Assembly (NCBI GenBank): GCA_002104905.1
Contig: MCFE01000012.1
Location: 186,001-250,000 of the forward strand
Origin: Basidiobolus meristosporus CBS 931.73
Lineage: Eukaryota; Fungi; Basidiobolomycota
DNA length: 64,000 nt
Direction: 5' to 3'
Made by a program: the position numbers and the translations under genes. A model generated the notes under the pieces. That model had not been told where the DNA came from and searched no databases. It saw nothing but the letters and a program-made list of their open reading frames with translations. Positions 23,777 to 38,057 of this stretch are shown here, one piece after another; position 1 is the stretch's first letter; each line of letters starts with the position of its first letter.

Positions 23777-24746
23777 ATGGTTCTAAAAGTAAGCGTTGGT
23801 CCCACTTACGATAACCTTCAGATTATCAAAGTGAATGATGACTTCCACCCTTTCTTAATCGATTCTCCCGAGTTTGTTGGCCGTGTGGCTATCCGCATTA
23901 AGGACTTCGTGGGTATTACACCTGACGGTGGCGAGCCCATAAAAAACAGCGGCTACTTTAGCCATCACAACCGTCGCTTCTCCATGCACGTCGAAGGAAG
24001 GTTTAAGAAACACGTCACTGCAGAAGACGTCTGGTTTGGAACAGATTTCGATAGAAAGGTTGGAACAGATTTGCTACCCATACTTTCGTCTAACCAGCTA
24101 ACCTTTCGCTTTGCAACAGATCCCAATTCCCGATGTTTTCTGGCTGGGTCTAAAGGCCGCCGAATACATCGATCCAGCCATGGAGACCAACAACGACCTT
24201 GAAAAGCCATGGATTTTAAGTCCTTACATTTGTGCTATCAATGCTTTTGCCAGTTGGCCTGCACCTTCTGAGGACCCCAACCCTAACCCGATCGAAGTAA
24301 GCTGCAATTACAGGTTGTTGAACCAGACAGAGGAGCCATGACTAACCCTTTCTCAGGATCCTACATTCGAGAAAACTCTAGGACCTTGGAAGTGGGGAGG
24401 TGAGAACAGACTCGAGGAACACAACTCGATTATCACCGGAGAAGAGATGTCGGTCAGCAAACGTCGTAAATACTTCTTCGACATTAATGTCCGTCGGAAT
24501 TTTGTGTTCGATACAAAGCAAGTATACGCGTTCGATTTCTTTGCTCCCCACATGGACTTCAATACATTCGACGCAAAACTCGGTATCTCCTTCAATGTCG
24601 AGAAGTATATGGAAGGGCATCCCATCCGGTATACATGTCGCTCCAAAGACGGGCAGACCATCTACTTCGTCCTACAGTTCGAGCAAATCCATGACGAGAA
24701 AGAGCACAAGACGAAGTCGACCAAGCGTTATTCGTTCTTTGGGTAA
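23777..24746 (+). CDS. DUF1769 family protein (two introns)
   Basis: LKVSVGPTYD, IDSPEFVGRVAIRIKDF, FSMHVEGRFK, FGTDFD, SPYICAIN, FDFFAPHMDFN, HPIRYTCRSKDG; canonical introns join three ORFs. Confidence 0.85.
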
Positions 24747-25050
24747 TCCTATTTCCCCAGTTACCCTAGGACACAATGCTATGTTAATATGGAGGAGCCA
24801 TACATGATTTACCCTGGCTCCTGTACCATTCGTAGTTATTCTGTACATGAATCAACCTTGTTCAATTCCTTTCACTGTTTGCACACCGTAGATTGTTACT
24901 AATGACGAAAGTCGAATTAACGACCGGTTTATTGTATTGTTTTGTCTTGAACCTTTAACTGTAATGTTAGAATTCGATCAAGTAAAATTTGAACCCAAGA
25001 TGCCGTAATCCGTTTTCACAATGGTTATAAATGTAGAATAACAGATTTGT

Positions 25051-25080
25051 GGGGGGAGTGTAACCCTGGCAAACCGTGAG
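25051..25080 (+). mobile_element. Possible LTR-retrotransposon PPT/3'-LTR junction remnant
   Basis: GGGGGGAG-TGTAAC resembles a polypurine tract followed by the LTR 5'-TG; no second LTR or pol found. Confidence 0.25.
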
Positions 25081-28000
25081 GAAGTAGCATTTCAGGGTGG
25101 TGATGAGCGGACTGCCTCTCTACAATCAATTGGCTCAAAAATGCTAGTTACACCAGCTATGTGGCTAGCTCATGACGTACAATGGGGGAGATCATTGGAT
25201 GGCTCATCACCAATTAGCTAGTAACTCGCGAAGAATCTAATATCGTGACTGCTAGTGACTATGACGCATCTCGTTGAGCATGAAATCATCCCTCCTAATC
25301 ACACGATCTAATGCGTCCGTAACTGTTGCGATGCAATCAATTTAGATCTTATGAGATTCTTGAACGGGCAGCGAATGGTATGCAAAGTTACACTCGAATC
25401 CAAAATTTGGGTTGAAAGACCAATCCGAGCTATACGTTATGCATAATTTTGTATCCCAACAGCTTTCCACAGAGCAAAGCGGTCAAAGATCATAGCTCAA
25501 ATACAGTGTGTTATGTAATATAGTCGTATAAGATTTCTCATGTAGCCTGGTGTAGATCTTGTATCCACTTCTCAAACGGCATCCGAATTGTCTTTTAGAA
25601 ACCAAGTAATACCCACTAAGTTAGCCCACTAGAGCTGGTGCCACCCCTATTTTAATTAGTACTTTTGTCGGTTTAGTGGAAAGCCATTTACTCGTGATCG
25701 GCAGAAGCCATGAGGTTCGGCCCATTTCTCATCACTATCGTAGTAGTGTACAGGTTTCCATCCGCCAATAATGGGCGAGGATGCTATCGCATATCCCGTT
25801 GAACTAAGCTCCTACGCCCAATAAATTACCGAAGTAGCTCTTTGCCAGAAGGCGCTAATGTTTCCAAGTGAGCGGAGGAATCTCATGCCAGTTACCATCT
25901 ATTTGCGCATGATCACCTAACCCCATTGGCCCCTCTATCTGATAGGCCCGTGTTGGCGATCAGGTGTGTCGCTGAGCTCATGCTGTCATCGTTTCCAAAA
26001 GAAACATTGAAGAGCCTGCCCTTCAAGCCCACTAAACTGTAATTGGGACTAGGTACCTGGCGTTTTTTCCAACACGATCGTCAGAGTGTATGATAAGCAC
26101 TTTGTGACTAGTGGCAGTATGGCTTTTGGTCCAGCATCACTCTACACGCAGTAAGTTATACTTTGCAACGGTTGTAGGAGTTCAGCTCGACCAAAAACCA
26201 CTGACTAACCGCATTGAAAACAATGGGCGTATGGGTGTGGTGGGTGGTCTCTTGAGGCGTGACTATAATCCTGACAATATATGATCACACGTGCAACATC
26301 CTGCGGATCAATGTTTCTCAATGGCTTGAAATCGTGTATGACGCTACGTTTTATCCCTCAAAGCAAACCTGGTACCTGATTTATTTGTATAGATCGATAT
26401 ACACTTGGATTTGACTATCTGGCAGGATATTTGTTGATGTCTATTGTAAATAACCAGTATTGTGACATCACCCGTAAGCTATTTCCTTAAATCTACTTTC
26501 AACCCTCAATGATGGAATTGGTCCTGAGAGCTTACAAGTCACACTTTATTGCAGACAGCCAGAGATAGCGATAAATATTGACGAGATGCAAGTATCTCTA
26601 AGTAATAATCTGGCAAATGCAATAAAGATTTGAAAGCGGCCTTATCAGAAATCTCAAAATTGGATTTTTCAAGGGCTGACTGTTTTCACGCCATATCAAT
26701 ATAGTTTTGTGATGGTATTCCTCTCCATATACTTGCTGCAAGATTATTGGAAGTATTGGATGCAATATAGTGAACCGGATGAATTGCATGATTATTGACT
26801 TCAAGCAACGGATATATACCTTCAGGAGTACTTGATAGAATTAATGACAAGCATATGGTATTTGAGCAATTTTGAGAATCACAATAACTTCCAAGACTTG
26901 CCTGCCTCCAAGAATTACCTCATGGTATATAAACTAGATTGTAAGTGAGTAGTTCATGATATGGCAGCAAGCTAGATTGAGACTTGACATATGTATGTAT
27001 AAGATAGTGGAGAAATTCAGTAATCTCTGTAATAAACATATTTCGTATTACCCATAGCTTCTCAGACACGTGACTCGAAGGGATTGATGGGGTTGAGCTC
27101 ACTATTGAAATAATCTCAAAGAAATTGCTATATTACAATCAAGCTTGAGGACTATCTAACATGCCTAGATACTCCATTAACTTGGCAACTTAGGTCATAG
27201 CTCATGAGTTTTATTACTCTTTGCTCAAATTCTCTGTCGGAACTTAAAAGTTTTTTACCACTGTCATGTATTTGGAGCATCAGTGCTCTTTAAGATATCT
27301 ACAGGCTCAACCCCTTATACATATATTTTGGTGCTGCTCTAAACATGTTGTGCATATGCTTTTGCCAAGATCAGGGAAAAAAATTAATACTATTACTACA
27401 TTCAATATGTCCTTAATTTAGAACCACTTAATCTGCTTGTTCACCTAATGGCCTTCAATATATCTAGGATAGTTCAGTGCATACCTAAAATGATGGAGTT
27501 AAGTATTCACTAAACTCTCCAGGTCATAGAATTGAAGAATATCCCTATTTGATTTCTCTGATGGGCATGAAGCTGTGAGCGAAGTACTCACTGGTATTTT
27601 CAAAGATGGATCAGCAAGATCATTACCCTCACCATAAGCTTTTGATGAAGAACATTAAAATACCTCAAGAATTCTGCAGAGATTTGATGTTGATTAAACT
27701 TACAGCTGTTTTACGGTGAGTGTATTGGATTACATATATATTTGCCTATGACTCTACTTGCAAGATATTTGCTAATTCTTTGAAATGGTCCTGAAAATTG
27801 CCAGAGTTCTCTAACTGGTGCAAAAGTCCCTAAGCTTTGTGCGCATAGGGAGAACATTCGCAACTTAAGTTTGCTTTTGTAGCTCAAGTTCTCCCAAAGG
27901 CAAAACTACTATAGTTGAGTTCTATAAGACACTTGGTTAGTATAATACAGTTTATATCGATCTCCAAATCACTCCAAAATCTTGCAAAAGTGGGCTCAGT

Positions 28001-30940
28001 CCGGCATATTGTGAAACATCTCGAATATTTCCATAATCCAGCATGGAGGTATACTATCTGCATAAATAGAATCAGTTGGATCACAGATACATAAACGAGC
28101 ACATACTTGGATTGAGCTGTGATGGAACAAATTTGGATACTGAAGACTGTAGGGATCAACAGCCAATTAACATGAATAGAAAATACATGACCATAGTAGC
28201 TGTCTAAATACCACAGAAGAATTGGAGGATCTGTCACTCTACACAATACAACGCCTGGAGTCAAGGCCGATTTATGCAGATACATTGGTGACCATATGGC
28301 CCACTCCATTACGTGTCATCGATTAGATAAATCTGCGAGATCAGATAAATCTGCGAGATCGAGAGGGTTTCTAATTAAGAAATGTTCGAACCCAACCAAG
28401 ATCTTGATCCTGGCATATGGAGCTAATTGATATTGCAACAGCAATGGTCGGACTAGCTACAGACGCAAGTGATGTCAGTGGTGTTTGCTTGGCAATTGGA
28501 AGTTTGGCTCGAACAAAAAAGGTTTTTAAAAAAATATTTTGCCCAACAGATGTTAGAAATTATTTGAATTTCATACTGATATTGATAGAAGCTATAATGT
28601 GAGGAAACGATATCAACGAATGGAAAACTTCCCTATTTATAGTTTGTCCGTTGCAAACAGGACACGACAGATGTGAGATCGGAACCATTATTTCACAACT
28701 TTTGCATCACCCAGCCTTATATAACTCATATCGACCATGCTAAAAATAGATGAACTAGGATCGTACGTTTAGGAAAGGAATATCACATGAGTGTTCCACT
28801 AGGTTTTAGGGCTAGTGAACAAAACAGCTGAAGGGCAAAGGGCAAGTATCCTGGTAGTAAAGCCCCTATGCATAACTAAGGGCACCAAGCAACATCATAT
28901 TCATTATGGCAGGCGGGGAACCACTGTTCTAAAGCACCAACAAATGTATGAACTAATGAATCCAGTCGTACATACTATGCAACAATAAAATAGCCCACCC
29001 AAGCCTACCTCGGTTGGCAAATCTTTCAGACCAAATTGTAGACTTCAGGCCTTCGTACCTTTTAAGTAAGTGCCGGCGATTCTACACAAAGTGTTACCCT
29101 TGTCTACCTGATGATTTTTAAAATGAGACAGATAGGGGTACATGCTTGGCTGGATTGTAAAAACATAGGCCCGCCGTACCAGAGGCTAACCACTCCACTG
29201 AACGTAACGTTCCCGTTTCATCGCATCCCCAGTTTGCACGGTAGACGCATCCTGTCTAGCTGGCCGAACGTCTACATGCTACTACCAATGCACCTAACAT
29301 ATCAATGGTTGGAGATTTCCTTTCAAGGAAAATAGGCTATGACAACACCAAATATAGGAGATCAATGGCTAGGGGCGTGCCATTTCAACATACGGTTTTA
29401 GTTCCACTCATTCAACGGAGGCCACACGTTCAAGCACAACGCTCTGCTGGCCACAAAAATATAGAGCATTTCGATGGTCCTTTAGGTCATATTCCAGGTT
29501 GAATGCAGTAAATGCCATCAATCGGTTTGCTCACTGTGGGATAGCCATACAAGTAAGGTCTAACGCCGATCTAATTTCCATGAGCCATTGTGGACAGGCA
29601 CCCCCATGCTGACATGGAGGGCCGAATAGCCTTGCTGGTGTCTACTCATCTCAGCACTATTGATCTTGAATCCGACGGAGGTTTCGATACTGCACTGGTT
29701 TGCTAGAGGATCCAGATCAACACGCATCATCAGAATCTGAAAAGCCCTCAAATGAGAACCGCTTGAGTTTGGAAATAATATCATTTGATTCTGTATAGGT
29801 CCGGTTTGCATCATAGTGTAACAAATAAATGGTCGCGCGCCACTATCTCGTATCACCAAAGAGCTGTGCGACCTCAAAGGGCCCATGATTGGCGTCTAAA
29901 AATACCCCTCTTATTGCCCCGATGTCCTAAACTTGGACCTGATGAAGAATCACTAATTGGTAGTGCTCCTATTGTTGGAACTAATCATTTTGAGGTTTAA
30001 CCTTACAACTCATTATAGAATTCATTAAACAGGACCAATTGCCGTACTATCAGTGACGTGAGTATCGAGGCTAAATGAGATTTTGTTGCGTAACATTGGG
30101 ATATGTGCTGGATATGAGCGACGTTGGAGAAAAGGAATTCCCGGTTGATCAGGGTGAAATGTTTTCCCTGTCCAAAAGCAGGCGATTAGGTTTAATTTGG
30201 CTTGGTGATACTACTGCACCATGCTGCTGCTGGTTCTGGTCAGTTCAACAGTGTGGTAACTCCCAAAGTTCCTATTCTCTGGCTTGAGAGTCCATGTCGC
30301 TGGACATGCTGTTGGGGATCCCGCCTCCGAATACATTGATGGTCTCAGCTTCTCTGTATGTAGTGTCTCAACTTGTAGTGGACTTGGATCTTTACCTGTT
30401 CGTGATATAACCGAGGCATCGGGACTTCCTATTACGGAGGTGGGGCTCGCACTTGGTAGCCTCTCAGGATGTATTCGCCAAACAGGCCTAGAACAGCGGT
30501 GTTATGACTGGTTTGATGAGTAAAAGGCCAGTCAGTCCTTCCACCTCCATGCTCACATTCAACCCTTACAAATAATCCAATAATGGCAGAAAAGGGATGA
30601 TACATGACGATGTTTAATGAAATATCATCACGCCAATAATTGATATTAAAATGGGTTCAGCCTTAAAAGGAAAAAGTATCACAGGTGTTTATGGGTTTTC
30701 AATGGACTACATTCGCTCCACTCACGTACCAACATAAATTCATTAACAAAAAATTCCTCACTCAACATTATAGCAGTAATACAAAAACAGTGTCCCGTCC
30801 ACTGAAGTCCCGATCTGAATGGTTCGAATTTGGCAATTCCAACATTGAGGCGAACTACATAAAGGCCTAGTTGCCGAACATCAACCACCAAGCTCACTTT
30901 CCTTTCCATTTCTTCCGCTTCTTATTACTATTTGATAGGT

Positions 30941-32199
30941 ATGTTCTCCAAAGTTACACTGGCTGTAAGCTGCGCCTTGGTCGCCTCCACTGTTGCTCAG
31001 GAGTGCGTTCCCTATGCTTCACCTTATAACTTCCAGACTGGATACCCCACCGTTTGGAAGAAAGCAGATCAGACAACCTTCAGTACTCCCGAGTTTCAAT
31101 CGGTGTACAACTCCATTGACTGGACTAAGGTTCCCAACATCCAGCCCAAGAAGATGGACGCTTCAGGCGCTTTCATCTCCTCTGACTATCCCGCCAGTGA
31201 TCCTGACTGTTGGTGGACTTACAAAAACTGTGTAACCCCCAAGGCTCCCAATATCCAGCCTGATATTGCCAGCTGCCCTGAACCTGAAACTTGGGGCCTG
31301 ACTTATGACGATGGGCCTAACTGCACACACACCCAATTCTACGACTTCTTGAAGGCCAATAACCAGAAGGCAACTATGTTCTTCATCGGATCCAATGTTG
31401 CTGACTGGCCCAAGGAAGCCCAACGCGGTTTGACCGACGGTCACCACATCTGTGTTCACACATGGTCACACCCATATATGACCACCTTGACAAATCAGGA
31501 AGTTGTAGCCGAGCTCTACTATACCACTAAAGCCATCAAGACTGTAGTCGGTATTACCCCCACCTGCTGGCGTCCTGTAAGTTATTTTTGGACTGATTCA
31601 CACTGACCATTGACTAAATCTATATGCCCTGGCCATTTTAGCCTTACGGTGATGTTGATGACCGAGTTCGTGCTATCGCCCAACAACTCAAATTGACCAA
31701 CATTATCTGGAACCTTGACTCTGATGACTGGCAAATGGCTCCAGCTGGAAATCTCCCTCCCTCCGCTATTGATCAATTGTTCGAAGGCTTCGTTAACATG
31801 GGCAAGAACGGAACCTTTGCCAGATCGGGCGCTATTACTTTGGAGCACGAGCTGAACAATGGTACCATGAGCATGGCTGAGAAATGGTATCCCCAAATCA
31901 AGCAGGCCTTCAAGCATGTTGTTCCAGTTGCTAGTTGTATGAACATCACCACTCCCTACCTCGAGACCAACTACACCTATCCCGACTTTGCTCAATACAT
32001 TGCTGGGGATACCAACGGCAACACCAGCAGCAACACTAGCAGCACCGCCCAGAGCTCTGCTCAGCATGCCCAATCCTCCACTACCAGTGCCTCGGCTAGC
32101 AATGTCTCGGAAGCTAGCACCAAATCTGCCGCCGTCGACAACGTAGCTCACATCAGCTTGGCCCTGTTCGCCTTGATCCCTGCTGCCCTATTATTGTAG
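30941..32199 (+). CDS. cda: Secreted, probably GPI-anchored chitin deacetylase (CE4/NodB; intron 31577-31641)
   Basis: Signal peptide; TYDDGP, HTWSHPYM, RP|PYGD split by the intron, LEHE; Ser/Thr-rich stalk and hydrophobic C-terminus. Confidence 0.93.
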
Positions 32200-35026
32200 T
32201 AGTACCCCACTATTCGAATCCACTCATAATTTTTCATTGCCTACAAGGATTTTGACCATACCTCATCTAAATCTGATGAAAATTAACGCTTAAATTATTT
32301 ATCCCAGAGGAAAGTGATATCTTACCCCTTTTTTGACCTTGTCATCCATCCTTCGCCCACCTCCAACATCGGAGGCAACATTTATTATAGCCTCTGATCC
32401 CATCGAAGAATAAATTAATGTCTACGTTTACATCTTGGACCTTACATTCCCTTAATTCCCGTGGACATCAATGCGACCCTTTGGGTATGAGCCAAGCATC
32501 CCAAGACCCAGAGCATATGCGCCGATGCCACCGCTGCGTGTGCACTTATTAAATGGCGACATGAGCGAATGGCACAAAGCGGACGCCTTCAGGTGCGTGC
32601 TGCTATTTTTGGCGAGAGAGCACCTGGATCATTTTTGACCCCTCACCTTAATTTCAACTTTGCCGAATCGTCAGCGATTTAATCTATTTCCAATGTTTCT
32701 TATAGTGCATCTATTCAATGCATATAGCCCCCACCTGTCTATATATAGATATGTAAGTGATCAGCAATATGGATTAAACCAGACTCATACGTTGATTATT
32801 GATGGACTCATCTCAAACATAATGGATATTTAGAGGGAGATGATCGCGCTGCATCCTAAGCTAACTGGAGGGCGGTGGGCTGCCAATCTTAGATGGGCTC
32901 CAGTAACATAAGGAAGCTGGTTGGGGGCTCCAACCATAGGCTCAGTCATACAGATGATGCTAACAAAGCGCCGTTGTCACGATAGAGTGGGTTTCTCATC
33001 ACTGGCATCCCACGCATATCCGAAATGGACAAGCTTGATTCAGTTAAGTGTGGCCTCCTTCACCATTCGGACCTCGTGTATCACCGACGGATATATGACT
33101 ATTGATTAGGTAATCCACTCTTAATGAATTCTAGTAATCATGAGAACAACAAGGAATCGAATTTGGACCACTGCACCTCCTTTGGAGAGGCGCCCAGTCC
33201 TATCCTCGAGGATTTGTCGATACCGAGATAACTGACGAAGTGCGTATACAAGGGCTAAGAGCTGATTATCAAATACACTGCGGCATTCCAAAAGTGATCC
33301 GATTATACGATTCGTATTCTTACCTTAAACTTTAAGGGTGTTAGTCATCCGTGGTTCTAAATCTAAAAAATGTAGGCAATCGAACAACAAAGTCGGTTTA
33401 GTGTGTAGGGCCCATGAAGCAAGGCTTGCTTGGCGGAGTCACATTCTGTTACTCTTTGGTTCAATTTGGCATGCAGGTGATCATGAGATGTGTAACAGTA
33501 TGGGCCAGCTCTCTAAGGCACAATTTTGGATTCAACGAATAGCGGCGAGAGTAACGGCCGGCCCTGCATTATTGCGTGCCTCCATATAGCCTGCAATCGG
33601 ACGCCTATATGTTCATAATCCTTGTCGCTCTAAAGAAATCGGTATGCCATCTAGTAGTAATGCAGTTGTGTTCACAGAAAGGCCTTCCAGACTCTATGCG
33701 GGTCTATCATGGAGCAGTATTTCATCACTATTGTGCCATGTGAAACTTCACCACTTAAATAGCCTAGATAACAAACTCGATTTTGATTCCCTTACTGTGC
33801 TAGGCGAAGCTAATTCAGTTCCGTAAGTGTATTCTATATATACTTCGCTCCTACCCTTATTGCCTTTGGCTGGAGATTTTCTAAGATATAATTCTGTACT
33901 TTTCTATGATCAACTTTTGAAGGAACGTAGACTAGCATCGCTAAGATTTTTAAGGGAAAACCTGATCATTACTTGTGCTCTATATGATCGGCCAATTTCT
34001 TCGAAACTAGATCGTAGCCCCGTGATAGTCAAAAGTGATGATTCTCAGAAATAGAATTAAAGTAGTAAACCTGGCGTGCTCAGAAGACAGCGATATTTTT
34101 GGTAAAACTTTGCGAAACTAAATGTAAGGATATGTTGTGGAAGATGATGGAGAGATGAGGATGATGCTTATGGTCGATAATCATGACATGAAGGATTGGT
34201 GGGGATGGTGTTCATATACGATTCCTAGTAGCCCCAGCCATATACATCAGTTGACTAGTAGTCACGCAAGCAAACCATTGTTTTTCGGGGTAGGAAAAGA
34301 GTTGGATGCAGGTACGGACCAACAAAAAAAGCCCAATCATTTTTCTTACAGACAGTTGCTCCTTAAGTTGGTGAGTGGATATGGTTTACAAAGTGACCAA
34401 TGGGCTTGAGAGCTTGCACGAACTAAGTAGAATTTGTACTTGGCCTAGGCTAAAGGCTAACAATGTTGCAAGACTCTAGGGAGTATTGGAAGTGATTTGG
34501 AGGACTTGAAGAAATGCATGATATCAACTTATTGAGTTCAAATAAATAATTGATACTACTAGAAGAACTTTGTAAAGCTAATGATAGAGATGTTTCGAAA
34601 AAGGTCCTAAGAAGTGGTGTGGAGGGTTTGGGAGCTTTTGAACGAGTTTGAAAGATCTGGATAACTTCCAGGCCTTCACCAATTATAAGAATTAACTGAT
34701 ATCCTACGTGCCAAATCCCAAGAAAGATAACTCATGATTTATCAAAAAGCTAAATAGAATCTGGTGAAAAATGAATGGTTTAGGCGGCAGATAAATCTCT
34801 ATAACTAACAATGCTTCCAGCAACCACTATTAGAAGTTTCTGATGGATATCATGAGAATACCATATGAATACTAGCCGAAATCCTACTTGAACTCATCAA
34901 GTACAAGACTCCGCCAAGTAGGAGCTTCATGAGTATTGCGTTGTTAGAGTTATGGATACATTGAAAGTGAATGTGAGAACAAGTAGATCATGTGGTTTCA
35001 CTTTAGAATTTAATGAATGTAAAAGT

Positions 35027-35349
35027 CCCCTAAGAAAAAAAATCAAGAAATGGTCAGCAGAATACCATCATAATATCAGCTGAGTTCCAAGTTTCTCAAA
35101 ACTGACAACTCTCGGTATCTCAGTTACTAGCTGTTGGGCAGACAAGCAGACATATTTTCCAGGAGGAGACTAAGCCAAGTAGCATCCATACCAAATTCGG
35201 TAATCAGCTGCTCACTACTTTCACCAAAAATTGCTACTAAAAATTTGAAGGAAAAACACCAGCTGAATACCAGCAAAATACCATTAGAATACCAGCTGAG
35301 TACCAGCTGAAAAGCAGATAAATTCCAAGTTTGAGATTTTTCATATGGG
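35027..35349. mobile_element. ~320-bp MITE
   Basis: Termini cccctaagaaaaa ... tttttcatatggg (imperfect 13-bp TIR); body is the reverse complement of 10281-10590; locally CpG-poor. Confidence 0.75.
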
Positions 35350-36328
35350 TCGTATTTATAACTTTACATGGTCTTGGCAAAGCAAATATCAAGAAACCCT
35401 CACAGTATTATCAGGTACACAGAATGTGTTATTTCTCATGGTTGTCCAGAGACCCCAAACTTTGCACAGACGCTCTTGGAACGAAATTTACAGAAGGATC
35501 AGGCTTATAACATTTCCAAGTGAGAATTAGGGGCCATATTTAAGCATCATATCACACTCATGTCTGGATATGGGGCGGAATACCATCATCGTATTGTAAT
35601 ACAAATGCCTTCGACAAATCCAATTCAAATTCAATTTTGAAGTTTCCGAGAGTTCACGCTAGATTTGGTGTATCTTACACATACATGAGTGTCCGTTCGA
35701 GGATGGTCGAGAATGACTTGCAACTTTACAAGCGTATAAAAGCCCTGATGGGTAGTAACACGCATGTGTAATGTTTACCTCCATGAAATCCAAATCAACC
35801 CTCTCGCTACACCGTGAAATCCGCTTCCAAAACGTGAGTTGTTCGTCAGTATGAAACTCCGATTCACAAACCCACATGATCAGTTTGACCCAGCAATTCT
35901 TCCGAACTCCTGAATACTTTATAGGTGTTCGACATTAATTACTTCAGAGCCAAGGATGGCCACGGTACGTTTTGGATAATGAGCATGCAGAGCATGTATA
36001 AGCCATCCAATCTAAGCACGAAATGCTGGAGCCTGGCGTAAATCAAAGGCGGTGGAATTATTGACGAGTGGCCGTAATGTCGTTCACGTGCTTTATTCCC
36101 ATCTCACTTCAACTCCACCAAAGTCTTGTTGGGATATCTAGGGGACCCCGGTGGGCATTCTGAAAGGACACAAGATACATAAGGTGATGGTGTAAGATGA
36201 CAAAGCGGAACTTCCTTTAAAATAGGTATTGATACAGGCTGACCGGTTAGCTCAAATAGGGAATTAATAGTGTATTGAGGGCAAAGTAATAAGTTTCCAA
36301 TATAAAAGATATACAAGGATGACGGCTT

Positions 36329-37334
36329 TCAAGCGGAGTTTTCATTCAGTTTCGGTGGTAGATTCTCGACCTCTTGAGCGGCCGCATCAGTTCGAACCAT
36401 GAGTTCCTCATACACATCCGGCTCCTTCCACTTCCTTAATGTGGCATTGAGCTTGTATCTTTCGTCGGGGGTTTTTTCCATGACAATAAACTCGCAGTGG
36501 CGAAGATTATCTTGACTTTCAAACTCCTCCACTGAAGTGCGGAACCACCGCATGACAAACAGCCTAGCCATTAAACCGTGTGTGACCAACACCAGCACAG
36601 AGGGGAAATCGGGTTTGTCAAAAGCTCGGTGCAGACTTTCAATGAAGGTACTCAAACGGTCATATACATCCGCTCCGGATTCACCATTTGGGATTCGATA
36701 ATAACTATTCCATAATTAGACAAAGCAGCGTAATGAAAATCATAGCAAGTCGATATTTACAAGTGGCCATATTTCTCCCGCTCCTCACATATCTTCTTCA
36801 TAATTTCTGGAGGGGCCTGGAAGTTTCCCCAATCTAATTGCGGAGGTAAATAATAAGAGGGGCGTGGGAGATACGGATAAAGCTACTTTCCTTGCTCACG
36901 CAACCTTGGCTCCTCATACACAATATATTCCTTGGTGCTCAACGTGCTTGAAAGCTCCTTAAACGTTTGTCGAGTCCTTAGATAAGGGGAAACGTAGAAC
37001 TGCAGTTTATCGGTCGGCAGAATCTCCTGTTGTAGCCTCTTGCCAGCTTCTCGGGCTTGCTCGACACCTTTCTTGGTTAGCCGTATCTTGTGGTCCGGAA
37101 CCACTCGATGAATGGATTTATCTAAATTGGCTACTGATTCGCCGTGTCGTAGGAGGATAATCTTACGCGGCCTTTGCCAAATTGACGTAGTGCTAGAAAA
37201 GGGAGAATTGCCCCAAGGAGCTCTACGACTAAAAAATGGGTTCAGACGGCTGTTCTACGGAGCTATCAATATACGACTCACCAGTGAAGCTTGTTGGGCA
37301 GAGGGAAGCCACGCTGAACAACTCTTGTGGGCAT
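36329..37334 (-). CDS. DET1: Histidine phosphatase / phosphoglycerate-mutase family, DET1-like broad-range acid phosphatase (3 introns)
   Basis: ILLRHGES, SPYLRTRQT, EPRLREQ|DWGNFQ, YRIPNGESGADVYDR, LVTHGLMARLFVMRWF; first exon inferred (ATG at 37334). Confidence 0.85.
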
Positions 37335-38057
37335 GTGCGAAAGCAACGATGATTTTGGGGGAGTGGTAAACAGAAAGACGGTCTGAGAAACGTGAAGCAG
37401 CAAGAAGTAATGATTGATGACTGATTACTTTATAAATCTGGTTAACGGAGATGGTTATTTACCGCCAATATCAAATACAACGAATTATCCTGCTTCCGAT
37501 TTGGCATCAGCAGACCTTGCTCCGATTTAAAGCAAAAGTGACTGGGAATAGATCCCAAACAAATATGATTATCTTTGGAGTATCAAATCACTGGATTCCA
37601 CAATCATTGACCGTGTGAATATTTGCCGAACTAAACCTGTGAATCAATCACACAACCTTCACACATACCCTTTTCCACTCAAAAGTACATGGACCATAGC
37701 TATCTTATACAATGACCTATCGGAGATGTCATTTGTTAGGTAATCATCGAAGTAAGCCACCTAGATCAATCTACAAAACCGTGCAGTTAGTTCAACTAAT
37801 TTGCTGTATGAGTTCTGATCACTGCGACACCCAACCACTCTACAACTAGCCACACGTCAACTTTTTTGAGTACTCAGATGCTAAGCGGTTTGGGTGGTTT
37901 GGGTGGTTTGTCTTTTCCAAAGAATACGGAAGAGCAGCCTGAATCTTTTGTGGCATCATTGTCGCTTGAGGTTCTACCTGATGAAGTTACCCCCGTTGAA
38001 GTTTATATATTCATATTGGTCGCATCTGCTGCCATATGTTTATTCTCTACATATAGA

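Noticed and set aside
28325-28360. Perfect 18-bp direct repeat AGATAAATCTGCGAGATC x2
   Set aside because: Isolated two-copy slippage duplication; no spacer array, so not CRISPR-like
28750-29900. Possible MFS transporter remnant (TIDMLGALVV; MLLGALSYA.GLYY) on the minus strand
   Set aside because: Fragments are short and the diagnostic MFS motifs were not found
33644-34054. LRR-like spacing (LHHLNSLDNKL; LRFLRENLI) across one in-frame stop
   Set aside because: Only two weak repeats; could be chance in Leu-rich sequence
34780-34960. hAT-like ITNNASSN motif
   Set aside because: No supporting CxxH motif or other hAT blocks in frame
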